Below, piece by piece: positions 28,321 through 38,134 of a DNA stretch of 64,000 nt. The notes beneath the pieces are model-generated. The model searched no databases. It was not told the origin of the DNA and saw only the letters and a list, made by a program, of their open reading frames with translations. This DNA comes from an uncultured candidate division Zixibacteria bacterium (GTDB taxonomy: Bacteria > Zixibacteria > MSB-5A5 > GN15 > FEB-12). Position 1 is the first letter of the stretch, and each line of letters opens with the position of its first letter. The DNA lies in contig CAVQCT010000002.1 of the NCBI GenBank assembly GCA_963711085.1, forward strand, positions 1,746,005 to 1,810,004, in the 5' to 3' direction. Position numbers and translations under genes: made by a program.

Positions 28321-30648
28321 TCATCTGCCCCAATTGGTATTGAGACCGGCCAGCTGGCCTGTCAAATATGAGCCTTGTGATTGCAGCTGGCTGAGGGTGG
28401 TTTCCATCTGCTGAAATTGTGCTTCGAGCGTCTGGCGACGAATAGCCAGTCGGGCGTCGATGTCGCTCACCTGTTTTGCCATGTCATCGATCTGCTTCTG
28501 ATACGAGGTGATTCTCCGATCCAGCAGACCGTCCGAACTCTTCGAGATATCATCAACCTTCTGGGCCAGGCGCGAGGCGATTCCTTTGGCGATGGTTATC
28601 GTCCCTTCGTTGCCGTCGGTCACCTGGTCGGCCGTGAGCGAGATCTTCAGCTTCAGCCCGTCGGTAGTCTTGTTGCCGTCATTGCCGCTCAGGATCTGTC
28701 CTCGGCCGGTGGCAGCTTCGCCGTTAATGGTCCCGGCGACATCCTGGCCGAGAACGACCGTACCGGTGTTGAGCCCGAGCACGGAGTACGCAGCGTTGCC
28801 GATTGATTTGTCGAGTTCGATCTTGGACGTGCTCCCGTAGCTTGAGCTGCTGAACGTCAGGTGGCCGTAGCCATTCCCTTCGTCAACCCAGGCCACTTTG
28901 ACGCCACGGTTGCCAATCTTTGCGTCGTTATTGATTCGGGTCTGCAGTTCCGAAATAAGCTCGTCGGGGGTCTGGTATATTTTCGGCGTGAGCGTAATTT
29001 CGTCCGAAACCAGACCATCAACCTTCAGCTTGATGGTGTCAGTGGTGTCGGTGATATTCAGTGGATTGGTCAGAGGAGAAATCATGGAATCTCCGGTGAA
29101 TCCGCCTTTAGTTGCCGCCTGGGTGATATTGACGTTAAACGGCGTGCTGTCTTTGGTCGATGAGGTCGAGGACAGAAACTCGATACCGGTATTGCTGGAG
29201 TTGCCCGAATCGGTAAACAGTTTGATGACGTCATCAGGATTATTTCTGATCGCGTCTTCAAGCCGGTTGGTATCGGTAATGGCAACAACGCCGCTGCCGG
29301 TGGTGCGAATGCCGATCGAATATAACTGATTGAATTTGGAGGTAATGCCCGGAACAATTGAACCGACTGCACTCTGGAGCGAGTTCTGAATCGTCCAGAC
29401 CGTCATATCGCCGAACAGAGTCGGTGCGCTGGTATCTCCCTCGGTGTACTTGTTCTGATCGTCGATGTAGCTGGTTACCTGGTTGTAGGCATCGAGAAAT
29501 GCCTTGATATTCGCCTCGACCGCCTTCACGTCGACATCGGTCGTCAAGTGGATGGTTGATCCGGGATCGGTGACCGCCTTGGCCGTCAGGGTAACCCCGC
29601 CGATGACGTCTTTAAAATCGTTGGTCTGCGAGGTGACCGTGATAGGCGAGCCGTCTCCCCCGTTCGATCCGAGAGAAATTTTTGCGTCGGCGGCTTTCTG
29701 GAGAAGCGGGGCGAAGGTGGAGACGTTGAAAGTATCGCCTTCGCTGAGGGTACCGGCCGAAAATGAAAGGGTCAGACCGTCGGAGCCGGCCCCGACCAAT
29801 TCAACTTCACTGTCTGCCTGGGTGACCACGACCGAACCGGAGTTGGTACCGTCGGTCCAGTTCAATACAATATTATCCGAGCCCACCGTCTGAGCGCCGG
29901 TACCGGCGACCGTGAAGGTGTACGTCTTGTTCTGGGTACCGGTGAAAGCGGCGCTCATGCCAAGAGTCATTTTCGAAGTTGTGGACGAGTCCACGGAAAT
30001 TTGTTCCGGCGTATCGAAAGTAGCCGTGGTGTAATTCAGGTTCTGGCCGCCGGTCAGTTCTGAGTCGATCGTAATTTTGTTTGCCGCGCCGGTTTTGTCC
30101 GCGGAGATGACGAGCCGATACGGATGCGCAGTCGATCCGTCGTTCACGATAGAGGCCGTCACACCTACCTTGGCTGGATTAACGGCGTCCCTGATTCCCT
30201 GCAGTGAGTTGTTCGAACTGTCGATCGTAACCGTCCGCACCGATCCATCACCCACCTTGATCTGAATCGTCCCGGTTCCCATAATGGAGCTGTCACTGGC
30301 TTCGAATCCCTGGCTGGCGATCTGATGGTTCCGGGCAAGAGCCAGGATCTGGAGATCGTAGGCGCCGGCGCCTACCCGTCCGGTCGAAGTTGCCGAGAGG
30401 GCATCGGTGTTGGAGATGTTAATCGTCGATTTGTCGAAATTACTGGCATTCTGGAGAGTTGCCAGCGAAGAGCTGAGCCCGAGTACCTTGGCCTGCAGCG
30501 ACTGATACGCGGTGATGATTGCTTTCTTTTGTGCTTCTTCGGATTCGAGCAGATCGGCGTTGGTACGCTCCGATTTTATGATCGCGTCGATAATGGCGGT
30601 CGTATCGAGGCCCGAAGTTATCCCGGTGATGGAATTTGAGCCGGCCAT
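28321..30648 (-). CDS. fliD: Flagellar filament cap FliD (enlarged, 775 aa)
   Basis: N-terminal ITGITSGLDTTAIIDAIIKSE. C-terminal RRQTLEAQFQQMETTLSQLQSQGSYL. Confidence 0.9.
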   Translation of the reverse strand: MAGSNSITGITSGLDTTAIIDAIIKSERTNADLLESEEAQKKAIITAYQSLQAKVLGLSSSLATLQNASNFDKSTINISNTDALSATSTGRVGAGAYDLQILALARNHQIASQGFEASDSSIMGTGTIQIKVGDGSVRTVTIDSSNNSLQGIRDAVNPAKVGVTASIVNDGSTAHPYRLVISADKTGAANKITIDSELTGGQNLNYTTATFDTPEQISVDSSTTSKMTLGMSAAFTGTQNKTYTFTVAGTGAQTVGSDNIVLNWTDGTNSGSVVVTQADSEVELVGAGSDGLTLSFSAGTLSEGDTFNVSTFAPLLQKAADAKISLGSNGGDGSPITVTSQTNDFKDVIGGVTLTAKAVTDPGSTIHLTTDVDVKAVEANIKAFLDAYNQVTSYIDDQNKYTEGDTSAPTLFGDMTVWTIQNSLQSAVGSIVPGITSKFNQLYSIGIRTTGSGVVAITDTNRLEDAIRNNPDDVIKLFTDSGNSSNTGIEFLSSTSSTKDSTPFNVNITQAATKGGFTGDSMISPLTNPLNITDTTDTIKLKVDGLVSDEITLTPKIYQTPDELISELQTRINNDAKIGNRGVKVAWVDEGNGYGHLTFSSSSYGSTSKIELDKSIGNAAYSVLGLNTGTVVLGQDVAGTINGEAATGRGQILSGNDGNKTTDGLKLKISLTADQVTDGNEGTITIAKGIASRLAQKVDDISKSSDGLLDRRITSYQKQIDDMAKQVSDIDARLAIRRQTLEAQFQQMETTLSQLQSQGSYLTGQLAGLNTNWGR

Positions 30649-30694
30649 CCTAAACTCCTGTTTGTTGCGACTTCACTGTCTCATCTATTTGAGA

Positions 30695-30724
30695 GTTTGG
30701 AGGAGGGATAAACCTCCTCCAAAC
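30695..30724 (-). terminator. Perfect 12-bp hairpin between flagellin and fliD (no U-tract)
   Basis: gtttggaggagg-gataaa-cctcctccaaac, starting 17 nt after the flagellin stop. Confidence 0.45.
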
Positions 30725-30740
30725 CTTGTTGTAGCATCTA

Positions 30741-32915
30741 CTATCTGAAGAGCGAGAGAATCACTTGCGGAACCTGATTGGCCTGGGCAAGCATGGAGGT
30801 ACCGGCCTGGACCAGAATCTGGTTCTTCGTGAACTCTGACATCTCAGCGGCCATATCCGTGTCACGGATCTGGGACTCAGAGGCTGTCAGGTTCTGTGAC
30901 GCGATCTGCAGGTTTCTCAGGTTGGATTCCAGAGTGTTCTTCTGGAAGCTGCCGAGCGTACCGCGGGTCGTCGATACTTCGTTAATGGAGGCATCAATGA
31001 TGGACTGAGCGTCCTGCGCACCCTGTACGGTGGTGACGTCGATCTGGGCGAGCGACCGGAACATGTTGCCGGCCAGGTTGGTACCCAGTGACGAAGCCGC
31101 CAGGTTACGCAGACCGATGTTGGCGGTCTGACCGACGTTGGCGCCAATCTGGAAGACGAGCGAACGGTCGGTGTCGTTAATGGTTTCCGAACCACCCTGA
31201 GAGGTCAGGCTGTACTTCAGAATGAGCGACTCGCTCCGGTCGGCATTGTACACGGTGGCAGATTCGCCGGCCGTGACTGAAGTCGCCGGACCGCCGTCGA
31301 GGCGCACGTCGAACTTGGCAGCCTGGACGTCGAGCAGCAGATTGCCCACGTTGATACCGTTAAGGGCCTTGGCAACCTTCATATCAACCGTGCCCTGATT
31401 GCTCTTGCCGTCGGCGGCGCTCTTCAGGGTAACGTTGTTCGTGGTGCCATAATTGACCTTAGTAATCGTATTGGTGTAGTTGTCGAACGCAACCAACGCA
31501 TCGGTACCGGTATTGGCCAGCGTGTCGGTAGTCAGACCGAGCACGTTGCGCAGGTTACCGGTGATGTCGTTACCGGCGTTCAACTTGAGCGAATAGTCCG
31601 AACCCTCGTCGCGGGTGGCAAATTCGATCTGGTTGGTGTTAACCAGGGTAGCAGCCAGATCGCTGACGGCCGTGTCGCCGGAGACCTTACCAAACGCCGT
31701 GTCAAGCGCCGTGTTGATGGCGGTGACCAGGGAGCTCAGTGAGGTGTATGTGCCGGCGCCGACTGTGACGTTGGCGCTGACGTTGCTGTTGGTAGCAGTG
31801 TTAGCGGTGAAGTTCAGGATGTTGGCGGAGACACCACGCGAACTGCCGGCCGTAAATGAGAACGCAGCCTGGGCAGCGTCGGTCGAGGTGGCTTCGGTCT
31901 TCACTGAATACTGAGCGCCTTCGTTGGCGGCCCAGATACGCAGAGCGCCCGCGGCGGTACCGGTCACGGTGATCTTACCGGCCAGAGCGGCGTTCAGGTT
32001 GATCTGCGTCTGCAACTTGGTCGCGATGGTAGCAGTCGTGTCGCCGAGCGCGACGTCGACGTTCAGAGACTGGTTACCGGTCGGGGACTCACCGTTCTCC
32101 TGATAGTTCAGAACGAACGTGTAAGTACCGACGTTGGAGGCGGTCGCCGCAGCGATGACGGCAGCCGAAGAAACGAGCGCAGCCGATTCACTGCCGCTGG
32201 CGGCGATGGTCAGGTTGTTACCGAACGCATCGGCCAGGGTGATCGAATCGGAAACTTTCTTCGCGACGTCGGAGGCCTGGACCACGTCGAGATTGTAAAC
32301 TTTCTCAGCGAGGTTGGTCGGATCGCCGTCGGTGTTGCTCAAAGACAGACCGAGGGAGGTCGTGTTCAACGTTGCACTCGAATCGGCGGTCTTGGTGGCC
32401 GTGATCGAGTGGGTGCCGTTCTTGAGCTGGGAGGTTTTCACCTGGACGCCGGAACCGTTGGAGGAAGTGATCGTCGCGACGTTGTCGTTCGTACCATCCA
32501 GCAGTTTCTTCGTACCGAACTGGGTATTGGCGGCAATACGATCGATCGTCTTGATCGCATTGGCAATTTCAGCCTGGTCGGCTGCCAGCTGATCGGCATC
32601 ATTGAAACCTTCGTTGGCCGCATGAATGGCCAGTTCTCTCATCGAGGTCAACAGATTGTTGATTTCGCTGAGTGAACCTTCAGCGGTCTGCACCATGTTG
32701 ATGGATCCCTGCGAATTCTCGATCGCCTGATTCAATCCGGCAATCTGAGCGCGGAACTGCTCGGAAATCACCAGACCGGCCGGGTTGTCGGAACCCTGGT
32801 TAATACGATAACCAGACGACAGCCGCTGCATTGACGCATTCAATGCATCGGTGGTGTTCAACAAATTCCTGTGCGCGTTCAACGCGGCCAGGTTGTGGTT
32901 GATTTGAAGTGCCAT
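30741..32915 (-). CDS. fliC: Flagellin with very large Ser/Thr-rich central domain (724 aa)
   Basis: N-terminal MALQINHNLAALNAHRNL...RLSSGYRIN. C-terminal NQILVQAGTSMLAQANQVPQVILSLFR. Confidence 0.95.
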   Translation of the reverse strand: MALQINHNLAALNAHRNLLNTTDALNASMQRLSSGYRINQGSDNPAGLVISEQFRAQIAGLNQAIENSQGSINMVQTAEGSLSEINNLLTSMRELAIHAANEGFNDADQLAADQAEIANAIKTIDRIAANTQFGTKKLLDGTNDNVATITSSNGSGVQVKTSQLKNGTHSITATKTADSSATLNTTSLGLSLSNTDGDPTNLAEKVYNLDVVQASDVAKKVSDSITLADAFGNNLTIAASGSESAALVSSAAVIAAATASNVGTYTFVLNYQENGESPTGNQSLNVDVALGDTTATIATKLQTQINLNAALAGKITVTGTAAGALRIWAANEGAQYSVKTEATSTDAAQAAFSFTAGSSRGVSANILNFTANTATNSNVSANVTVGAGTYTSLSSLVTAINTALDTAFGKVSGDTAVSDLAATLVNTNQIEFATRDEGSDYSLKLNAGNDITGNLRNVLGLTTDTLANTGTDALVAFDNYTNTITKVNYGTTNNVTLKSAADGKSNQGTVDMKVAKALNGINVGNLLLDVQAAKFDVRLDGGPATSVTAGESATVYNADRSESLILKYSLTSQGGSETINDTDRSLVFQIGANVGQTANIGLRNLAASSLGTNLAGNMFRSLAQIDVTTVQGAQDAQSIIDASINEVSTTRGTLGSFQKNTLESNLRNLQIASQNLTASESQIRDTDMAAEMSEFTKNQILVQAGTSMLAQANQVPQVILSLFR

Positions 32916-32922
32916 GTGTCAA

Positions 32923-32956
32923 TTCCTCCTTGAAGGATTTGGGGTATCCGTACCCC
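32923..32956 (-). promoter_or_regulatory. Candidate CsrA sites at the flagellin SD: hairpin with GGA loop plus AAGGAGGA SD
   Basis: mRNA sense GGGGUA-CGGA-UACCCC (32941..32956), then CAAGGAGGAA (32923..32932) 7 nt before the ATG. Confidence 0.45.
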
Positions 32957-33064
32957 GTTTTCTATTTCATTGGTTTAGTGTTCGACACAATACTGCACAT
33001 CCGATGTTTCAATGATGAAGACAGAGTTGACTTCCCATGACTCTGTCGAAAGATCAATTTCGCT

Positions 33065-33074
33065 CTCCTCCTTT
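33065..33074 (-). promoter_or_regulatory. Distal AAGGAGGA element in flagellin leader (candidate CsrA site)
   Basis: mRNA sense AAAGGAGGAG about 150 nt upstream of the ATG. Same 8-mer as at the SD, and no ORF follows it. Confidence 0.35.
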
Positions 33075-33131
33075 ACTGTAGTGCCTGGACTTCGTTGACA
33101 TTAAGTCGTTCCCTTTTTTGTCGTATTGTTT

Positions 33132-33158
33132 ACTTCGGCAAAAATCCCCACACCTTAA
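33132..33158 (-). promoter_or_regulatory. Sigma28 (FliA)-like promoter for flagellin
   Basis: Minus strand TTAA-N15-GCCGAAGT against consensus TAAA-N15-GCCGATAA. About 215 nt upstream of the flagellin ATG. Confidence 0.45.
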
Positions 33159-33210
33159 CAGCTTGAGTCGGGACCGGGAAAATTAATTCTGGGCTAATTG
33201 GTCCGTGATC

Positions 33211-35919
33211 TCAGGCCCTGACCGCGGCGCCGGAAAGCTGATTGAGGCGCTGACGGGCAGGCTCGAAGTCGGGGTCAATCCGAAGAACCCGCTGATACCC
33301 CAAAATAGCCGAATCCGCATGTCCCATATTGAGATAGCAATCGGAAAGGCCGAATAACGCAAGGGCGTCCTCGGGGTTAGCCTTCAAAGTTCGTTCGTAA
33401 AAGTTAATTGCCTCCGTAAATCGCCCAAGGCGCGCGTACAGGTCGCCCACTACCTGCACAACCGCCTGATCTTTGGGACTTGAATCGGCATATCGGGCCA
33501 GATGCTTAACGGCCTCGTCATATTTTCCTTGCCTGACCTGCGTCAATCCAAGATTTCTTAAGGTGACCAGCGGCGGATTAGGGGTCTTCATGCCCTTCAG
33601 ATACCAGTTCTCCGCTTCCCCGAACTCCCCCATCTTGAAGTAGCAGTTGCCAAGATCGTTCAGATGTTCAGCTGGCAGTGCAATTCGGCTTTCGAGATCG
33701 GCGTACAAAGCCGCCGCCTGCTGGTAGTATCCGAGCCTCAGGCAGGTCGATGCTAGATCGCTCAACGCCTGAGTGGACCCCTGATGGTTTGTCAACATAC
33801 GATTGACCAGCGTGGCTATCTCCGCGGCCTTTCCCTCCCTGGCGCAGTGCTCGACGTAGGCGACGAGGACCTCGGAGTCATCGTCATGAAGCTCGAGGGC
33901 CCGCCCCAACGTCTCCCCGGCCTCATCGGATTGATCGTTCTTTTCGTATCCTCTGGCAAGCTCAAGGAGATAATCTTTGTTATCTGGAGTTAGTCTGAGC
34001 TGAGCAGAAAGTTGACTTATCGCTTCTTCGATTTTCCCATCCGACAGATAGAGCCGGCCGAGCATTCCATTCGCTTCCAGATATTCCGGATTAAGCTCCA
34101 GCGTCTTCTGATAATAGCCGACCGCTGCCGCCCGGTCATTTTGTAGTTCGGCAAGCATAGCCAGACCGTAATATGCGGTCGCCCGGCTGTCAGGATGCAC
34201 CAATATAATATTGTCGATTTCGGCCGCCGGATCGAACGCGGCCTGAATTTTCAGATACTGAAGGTAGGCGTCGCTCGCTTCACGGTACATTCGCTTCTTA
34301 CCATATATATGGCCCCGGAGCATAAGCGGATCAAGGTATTCCGGTTTAATCTTGAGCGCCCGATCGGCGTATTCGAGAGCGAGATCGCTGTTTCCGAGAT
34401 AGAAATGCGTCCAGGCAATCTGGTCAAGACACATAAGGTGGGTGTGGCGATGCATGATGTTCTTCGAATCGGTCAGTTCGACAGCCCGACCTGCCGCCTT
34501 GAGAATCTGCGGTGCGTTTTTGCGTTGGAAGTCGCTGCCCTCCCCTCGGAGCAATTGCGCATAGTTGAACAGGGCAAAAACATTGTCAGGATTTTCGGCT
34601 AGCTGCTTCTCCAGAAGCGCTTTGGAGCGAAGGAACTTGCGATGCATCTCTTCGGGAGAAAGATCATACCCGTGATGTTTGATCCGAACCGGCGTTCTCA
34701 CCACCGGAACGTCGGGAGGAAGCTCCAGACGGTTGTGTACGATCCCTTCGTACCGGAGGTCCAGATCGCGGCGGAAAAGACGAATCGAAGGCAGAAAAGT
34801 AGTGGTCTCTTCTTTCTCCCCGTACACATTAAAGACATTAAGTGAGATAATCTGGTGTTTTGCCTCGCCGAGAATTTGTTTCATTCGGGCAACGTCTTCC
34901 CTGACAAATCGTTCATCGGCATCGATAATCAGGATCCAGTCACCGGTGGCCTGCTCCAATGAGTGGTTGCGGGCAGCCGAGAAATCCCCCGTCCACTTCT
35001 TATGAAATAACCTGGCGCCATATTCCCGGGCGATATCGGTTGTGCGGTCGGTCGAACCGGTATCCACTATGATGATCTCATCGACCCAGTCACGAATAGA
35101 ATCCAGGCAACCAGGCAGCATCTTCTCTTCGTCCTTCACGATCATACATGCGCTGACGGTAAATGATTTTTCGAGGGTCTGCGCGAGCATACGAAGTTCC
35201 TGGACGTCGCGGCAGTTCTTGAGACCACGCTTGATCCATTGGGTCGCCGCACTGGCATCTCCGACTGAGATCAACATTGTTACCAGATTGAGGTACGGAA
35301 GATGGTTCGACGGATCGGCCTTAACCGACTTTTCATACCAGTTTCGGGCCGACTCGACGTCGCGCAATTCACGATATGCATTGGCCACAAAATTCCGTAC
35401 CTGTGACCGGTGGGCCTCAGTGATCGCAAAATATCTTCCTGCCGTCTTGTCTTTCAAGGCATCGACAGCCTGTTCATATCGCTCACCCACTTCAACCGTG
35501 CGCGGATAATCTTTCAAATGCAATCTGAGATAAGCCAGGATATACAGGAGATCCGGGCTTTGCGGGTCTTCCGCGAGACCGTCATCGAGAATCTGTTCCG
35601 CTTCGATGAATCTATTGGTGATCGCATAGGCATACGACAGCAACGCGTTGAACATACTTCGCTGAGCGCTCGACAACGCCCCGGTCTGCGTTTTCCTCGG
35701 CTCCAGCAGGTCGGCTATCTTTGATTCCTGGCTGTGACGTCGGTAGTAATCGGCCAACGTGATAGCCGTTTCAATGTCGTCGGGGTTCGTCCTGAGAACC
35801 GAGAGCAGCTCACTAAGATTCGGTTCCGGCCTGGTTGCACTTTGCTGCTTCCGAACCTTTGCCGTCGACGCCCCGCGAGATGCCTTCTGGGCGACTTTTT
35901 TCCGGTTGGCCCTGGTCAT
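33211..35919 (-). CDS. TPR - family-2 glycosyltransferase - TPR protein (902 aa)
   Basis: GT2 core SACMIVKDEEKMLPGCLDSI...IIIVDTGSTDRT...ILIIDADE, flanked by many TPR repeats. Start overlaps the upstream stop (ATGA). Confidence 0.8.
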   Translation of the reverse strand: MTRANRKKVAQKASRGASTAKVRKQQSATRPEPNLSELLSVLRTNPDDIETAITLADYYRRHSQESKIADLLEPRKTQTGALSSAQRSMFNALLSYAYAITNRFIEAEQILDDGLAEDPQSPDLLYILAYLRLHLKDYPRTVEVGERYEQAVDALKDKTAGRYFAITEAHRSQVRNFVANAYRELRDVESARNWYEKSVKADPSNHLPYLNLVTMLISVGDASAATQWIKRGLKNCRDVQELRMLAQTLEKSFTVSACMIVKDEEKMLPGCLDSIRDWVDEIIIVDTGSTDRTTDIAREYGARLFHKKWTGDFSAARNHSLEQATGDWILIIDADERFVREDVARMKQILGEAKHQIISLNVFNVYGEKEETTTFLPSIRLFRRDLDLRYEGIVHNRLELPPDVPVVRTPVRIKHHGYDLSPEEMHRKFLRSKALLEKQLAENPDNVFALFNYAQLLRGEGSDFQRKNAPQILKAAGRAVELTDSKNIMHRHTHLMCLDQIAWTHFYLGNSDLALEYADRALKIKPEYLDPLMLRGHIYGKKRMYREASDAYLQYLKIQAAFDPAAEIDNIILVHPDSRATAYYGLAMLAELQNDRAAAVGYYQKTLELNPEYLEANGMLGRLYLSDGKIEEAISQLSAQLRLTPDNKDYLLELARGYEKNDQSDEAGETLGRALELHDDDSEVLVAYVEHCAREGKAAEIATLVNRMLTNHQGSTQALSDLASTCLRLGYYQQAAALYADLESRIALPAEHLNDLGNCYFKMGEFGEAENWYLKGMKTPNPPLVTLRNLGLTQVRQGKYDEAVKHLARYADSSPKDQAVVQVVGDLYARLGRFTEAINFYERTLKANPEDALALFGLSDCYLNMGHADSAILGYQRVLRIDPDFEPARQRLNQLSGAAVRA

Positions 35920-37574
35920 GACCGTGCCCCTGCCATGCTCCGGGAACTGCTTTGATTCGTACGTATTACCGCTTTGATCGCCCGGTCGATTTCTTCGAGC
36001 TTGTCTTTACGGTGATATCTGTGCTGGATGAATTCTCGGTTGGACTCGGCCAGTTTGATCCGATCTTCGCGCTCCAGCTTAAGCAAAAGCTCCAGGCAAT
36101 TGTCCGGATCGTTGAACAGGAATTCTTTCGGATACAAATTCGCTGCGCCGTACCAGTTGTGAATTAGCGGCATCAGTCCGCACGACATGCCCTCGGCGAT
36201 CGAATAGTGGAATGACTCGAACAGTGATGTCGAGATGACAAAGTCCTTGTCAGCGTACCATCGGGGCATATCGTCGACCCAGCCATCGAAATAGATCGGT
36301 AGCGGATTCTCCTTGAGGAAATGTTCGAAATAGACCTGTATGCGCGGGTCCTGGTGCTCCCCCGCGATATGCAGGGTGTAATTTGAATCGTACTCATGGA
36401 TCTTCTTGAAGCAATAAAGCAGCAAGGCAGGATTCTTCTTATAATTGATATACCCCACCGATGCTATCCTCCGGCCGATCTTCTTCTGGCGCGGAATGAC
36501 AAACTTGTCGGTATCGACGGCGTTATGAATCACGATGCTTGAGACGGGGGTCTTGACCTGTCGCTCGAACAACTCCTTGACCGATCGATTGACGAATATC
36601 AAAAGATCGACCTTGCTCCAATCGACCTTTGAGGGCATATCGGTGAAGGCCTCGTAGCTATGCAGCCGGCAGATGATCGGGCAGGTCTTGGGGAGCTTCG
36701 TTGCTTCGATCAAATATTGGTCGCACCATTCGAACCAGGCGAGATCGGCCTGGCGAAGCATCTGCTGCATATCTTCGACTGATTGACCGGTAAACCTGGT
36801 AATTTCATTCTGCCCGGTGAGATAATCGGCGATATCTTTGAAGAAGGTATCGATACTGGCAAACAGGGCGATTGAAAGTCCGCGTTTATGCGGCGGCCGT
36901 GCCGGTGTAGTGCCCGCGTGTTCCGGGCTGGAAGTTTCCGGTATGGCGGCATGGTTCTCGGGATTGATTTCAGCTTTCCACGCCTGAATGTCTGCGAGGG
37001 ATTCGGCGGTGACTCCGGCATGATGCTCGTTGAGTTCAAGCAACCGGGCGGCCTGAGCAGGCATCTTGTTTTTCAGGAGGATCTCAACGGCATTCTTACG
37101 GGCAAGGCCCAGGTTGGGATCCTTCCTCAGCGCCTGAGACCAATAGTCAACGGCGGCGCCGAGATTACCCGCCTCCGCCTGGATAACTGCCAGGTCACTG
37201 AGAAGACTGGCGTTATCGGGGTTCCGCTTAAGCAGTTTCTTGAGGGCGGCAATCGCCTGTTCCTGCTTTCCATCGGAGACCAGCGCCAGGGCGAGGTTGT
37301 AGGCGGCATCATAATGCCCCGGATTCTTGCTGAGGGCTTTCTCGAAATATGTAATAGCTTCCGGCCGCCGCTTGAGGGTAAGCGCGACCAGTCCGGCTGT
37401 CACAGAGGTATCGGCGTCATCGGGTCTGGCTTCGGCCAGAAAGGCAATGCACGCGAAGGCATCTTCGAGCCGGTTCTCGGCGAGATGAGAGTTGGCTGTC
37501 CGGGTGATATCTTCGAGGGTCAGCTGACCCGACGTGACCTGATCGCGAATCTGTTCGACTGTATTGCAAGTCAT
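35916..37574 (-). CDS. TPR - GT-B (GT4-like) glycosyltransferase (552 aa)
   Basis: N-terminal TPRs (about 190 aa). C-terminal E-x7-E motif ESFHYSIAEGMSCGLMPL. Confidence 0.8.
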   Translation of the reverse strand: MTCNTVEQIRDQVTSGQLTLEDITRTANSHLAENRLEDAFACIAFLAEARPDDADTSVTAGLVALTLKRRPEAITYFEKALSKNPGHYDAAYNLALALVSDGKQEQAIAALKKLLKRNPDNASLLSDLAVIQAEAGNLGAAVDYWSQALRKDPNLGLARKNAVEILLKNKMPAQAARLLELNEHHAGVTAESLADIQAWKAEINPENHAAIPETSSPEHAGTTPARPPHKRGLSIALFASIDTFFKDIADYLTGQNEITRFTGQSVEDMQQMLRQADLAWFEWCDQYLIEATKLPKTCPIICRLHSYEAFTDMPSKVDWSKVDLLIFVNRSVKELFERQVKTPVSSIVIHNAVDTDKFVIPRQKKIGRRIASVGYINYKKNPALLLYCFKKIHEYDSNYTLHIAGEHQDPRIQVYFEHFLKENPLPIYFDGWVDDMPRWYADKDFVISTSLFESFHYSIAEGMSCGLMPLIHNWYGAANLYPKEFLFNDPDNCLELLLKLEREDRIKLAESNREFIQHRYHRKDKLEEIDRAIKAVIRTNQSSSRSMAGARS

Positions 37575-37637
37575 AATGATCTCCTATATCTGTTCCCCAA
37601 ATGGGAGGACCGGCATCGTGCAGGTCCGTTGCTTCGA

Positions 37638-38117
37638 TCACACGCCGACCGGCTGCCGTGACTGACGTTCCGCGCGAACCGTCTCGCCCGACATAATGTC
37701 CATGATATGATGGCGGACCTGGTAGGTCGAGTTGACCAGTACAAGCTGCTTGGCACGATTGTTCGCAGTGTTGATCAGTATCGGCCCTTGCAGATTGACG
37801 GAGATATCCCGGGGATTCTCCGGGATGGTCACGATGACGTAGGTCTCGACCGTCCGGGTATCCTGGATATTCAGTTCAGCAATCTCCTTCGGGTTAACCT
37901 CGATCCGGTAATCCGGAAAGAACACCCGGGGATTGACCACAAGAAACGTTACGGCCGGATCCTCAGATGAGACCAGCCACATGAAAGGAAACAGGTCCTG
38001 AGTCTCGACCAGGCAGAATCTTGCCAGGTGCTCAAATCCTAAAACCGGCTTCTCCATGAAGATAATCTTGTCATCCGGGACTTCCAGTTGCCCGAGTCTC
38101 AGGCTGTTGACAATCAT
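37638..38117 (-). CDS. fliW: Flagellar assembly factor FliW
   Basis: 159 aa. IIFMEKPVLGFEHLARFCLV...FMWLVSSEDPAVTFLVVNP. Confidence 0.9.
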   Translation of the reverse strand: MIVNSLRLGQLEVPDDKIIFMEKPVLGFEHLARFCLVETQDLFPFMWLVSSEDPAVTFLVVNPRVFFPDYRIEVNPKEIAELNIQDTRTVETYVIVTIPENPRDISVNLQGPILINTANNRAKQLVLVNSTYQVRHHIMDIMSGETVRAERQSRQPVGV

Positions 38118-38134
38118 AGTTCCTATCCTTGCTT

